Assembly (NCBI GenBank): GCA_039803205.1
Contig: JBDRYB010000001.1
Location: 267,413 to 331,412 of the forward strand
Reading direction: 5' to 3'
Length of the DNA: 64,000 nucleotides
Origin: a candidate division WOR-3 bacterium
GTDB lineage: Bacteria > Hydrothermota > Hydrothermia > JBDRYB01
The position numbers and the translations under genes were made by a program. Below the pieces are notes generated by a model. That model did not search any database, was not told the origin of the DNA, and saw only the letters and a list, made by a program, of their open reading frames with translations. This document shows positions 62,298-64,000 of this stretch, one piece after another; position 1 is the first letter of the stretch, and every line of letters starts with the position of its first letter.

Positions 62298-64000
62298 TCA
62301 TCCTTCCCTTATCTCCTCCAGGATGTAGAACTCAAGGATGTCCCCCTCCTTGAACTTGTCAAAACCAGAAAGCCGAACCCCGCACTCCTCGCCTTCCCTG
62401 AGCTCCTTCACATCATCCTGGAAATGCTTCAATGAAGCCACCCCTCCATCCCATATCCTCTCCCCATCCCTTATTACCCTTACCTTTGCGCTTCTCGCTA
62501 TTGTGCCAGATTCCACAAAACAGCCAGCAACATAACCTCCGGATACCCGGAATGTCTTGAGAACCCTCGCGGAGCCAATAATCCTTTCGGCGAGCTGCGG
62601 CTCCCTCATGCCCTTGATCACAACGGAGAGATCGTCAAGGAGTTCGTAGATGACATTGTATGTCCTTATGGGAACCCTCGTTTCCTTTGCCTTTGCCCTC
62701 GCAGCCGCGTCAACGGATGTGCAAAAGGCAACGACCATACCTCCCACGGTATCAGCGAGAGCCACATCTGCTTCCGTCACGACCCCAACCCCAGCATATA
62801 CAACCTCAACCTCCACATCCTCAACCGATATGCTTGGGATGGCGTTGGAAACGGCCTCAAGAGAACCCTGGGCATCTGCCTTTACGATCAGGCGCAATTT
62901 GGGTTTTTCCTCCTCTGTCTCACCTTTTATTCTTTGGAGAAGAAGGCTCATCTCGCCCTTTACAAGCGCGTGACGCTTGGCAACAGCCCTCTTCTCCGCA
63001 ATGGATCTCGCCTCCTTCTCATCCGATACAACCTGAAGGATATCTCCGGCCTTTGGAAGCTCTGAAAGACCTTGCAGAACAACGGGTTCAGATGGCCCAG
63101 CCTTCTTGACCCTCTTGCCCCATTCGTTGTAAAGGGCCCTTACCTTTCCGTGAACAGTGCCAACAACGACTGGGTCGCCCAACCTCAGGGTGCCCTTATT
63201 GACGAGAACAGTAGCCACAGGGCCCAGGCCTCTTTCCATTTTTGACTCAAGAACAACAGCCTCCGCGGGACCCTGACTCGTCGTTCTAAGCCTCATCTCC
63301 TCTGCCTTAACGAGTATGCTGTCCAGAAGGGTATCAATTCCTTGGCCTGTTTTCCCCGAAACCGGAACCATTATCGTGTTCCCTCCCCAATCCTCAGGTA
63401 TGAGGTTTTCCTTGCTCAGCTCGCGCTTCACGCGCTCCGGGTCAGCGTTCGGAAGGTCAATCTTGGTTATAGCGACGATTATCGGACAACCGGAAAGCCT
63501 GGCGTGCGCCAGAGCCTCCCTTGTCTGTGCCTGGACGCCCTCGTTGGCCGCAACAACCAGAACCACTATATCTGCGCCCTGAGCGCCTCTTGCTCTTATT
63601 GTCGTGAATGCCGCGTGGCCGGGGGTATCAAGAAATGTTATCCTGTAGCCGCCGTGCTCCACAACATAAGCGCCTATGTGCTGAGTTATGCCTCCAGCCT
63701 CAGCCGCGGCTATGGAGGTCTTTCTTATGCAATCAAGAAGGGTAGTCTTGCCGTGGTCAACATGTCCGAGAACAGCGACAACCGGGGGCTTTGGTTCCGT
63801 CATCTCAGCGGGCGCGCTCATTTCTCTCTCAGGAGCTTTTGGTTCAACGAACTCCACCCTTATTCCGAACTCAGCCGCTACGGCCTCTATGGTCTCAGGG
63901 TCAAGAGTTTGATTGACTGTAGCGAGAACGCCCATGGACATGAGCTTCAGGATTACCTCACCCGATGGTTGTCCCATCATGGAGGACAGCTCACCGACGG
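62298..64000 (-). CDS. infB: Translation initiation factor IF-2 (5' end lies outside the window)
   Basis: GHVDHGKTTLLD, GGITQHIGA, DTPGHAAF, KADAQGSLEA, SLKHFQDDVKE...ECG. Confidence 0.98.
   Translation of the reverse strand, partial: VGELSSMMGQPSGEVILKLMSMGVLATVNQTLDPETIEAVAAEFGIRVEFVEPKAPEREMSAPAEMTEPKPPVVAVLGHVDHGKTTLLDCIRKTSIAAAEAGGITQHIGAYVVEHGGYRITFLDTPGHAAFTTIRARGAQGADIVVLVVAANEGVQAQTREALAHARLSGCPIIVAITKIDLPNADPERVKRELSKENLIPEDWGGNTIMVPVSGKTGQGIDTLLDSILVKAEEMRLRTTSQGPAEAVVLESKMERGLGPVATVLVNKGTLRLGDPVVVGTVHGKVRALYNEWGKRVKKAGPSEPVVLQGLSELPKAGDILQVVSDEKEARSIAEKRAVAKRHALVKGEMSLLLQRIKGETEEEKPKLRLIVKADAQGSLEAVSNAIPSISVEDVEVEVVYAGVGVVTEADVALADTVGGMVVAFCTSVDAAARAKAKETRVPIRTYNVIYELLDDLSVVIKGMREPQLAERIIGSARVLKTFRVSGGYVAGCFVESGTIARSAKVRVIRDGERIWDGGVASLKHFQDDVKELREGEECGVRLSGFDKFKEGDILEFYILEEIREG

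Overview
A gene-dense, mostly housekeeping bacterial chromosome segment with about 60 CDS and 2 tRNAs. I saw no CRISPR array, rRNA or recognisable mobile element. Gene content (lpxK, a PorU-like C25 peptidase, several T9SS-type C-terminal domains, frequent AGG/ATA codons) suggests a diderm FCB-superphylum lineage such as candidate division WOR-3; this taxonomy is inference. The left end carries acyP-tRNA(Arg)-tRNA(Trp)-rpmG-secE-nusG-rplKAJL-rpoB-rpoC' on the minus strand, and the right end is a partial infB. Between them lie trpS, prfB with its programmed +1 frameshift, def, yajC, accC, holA, ispG, ubiX, an ABC-2 exporter, glycan-related genes and secreted hydrolases. Most notable: (1) an intact Hanks-type Ser/Thr kinase fused to an intact UvrD/PcrA helicase; (2) about 14 predicted exported proteins with ultra-short hydrophobic N-termini that almost all lack a basic n-region, a possible non-canonical export signal; (3) a recurrent TTGnnn-N18-TAnnnT promoter pattern with the -10 box 6-9 nt before the start codon of about 17 genes, implying widespread leaderless mRNAs, some with TTG starts; (4) a FIST gene that apparently needs an ATT/ATC start; (5) a frameshifted, internally deleted tryptophanase-family pseudogene whose 3' remnant contains the trpS -35 box; (6) a TrpRS with a large insertion and a 4-Cys motif; (7) a DUF2520-Trm112 fusion. 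All calls come from manual reading and motif recognition; no database searches were run.
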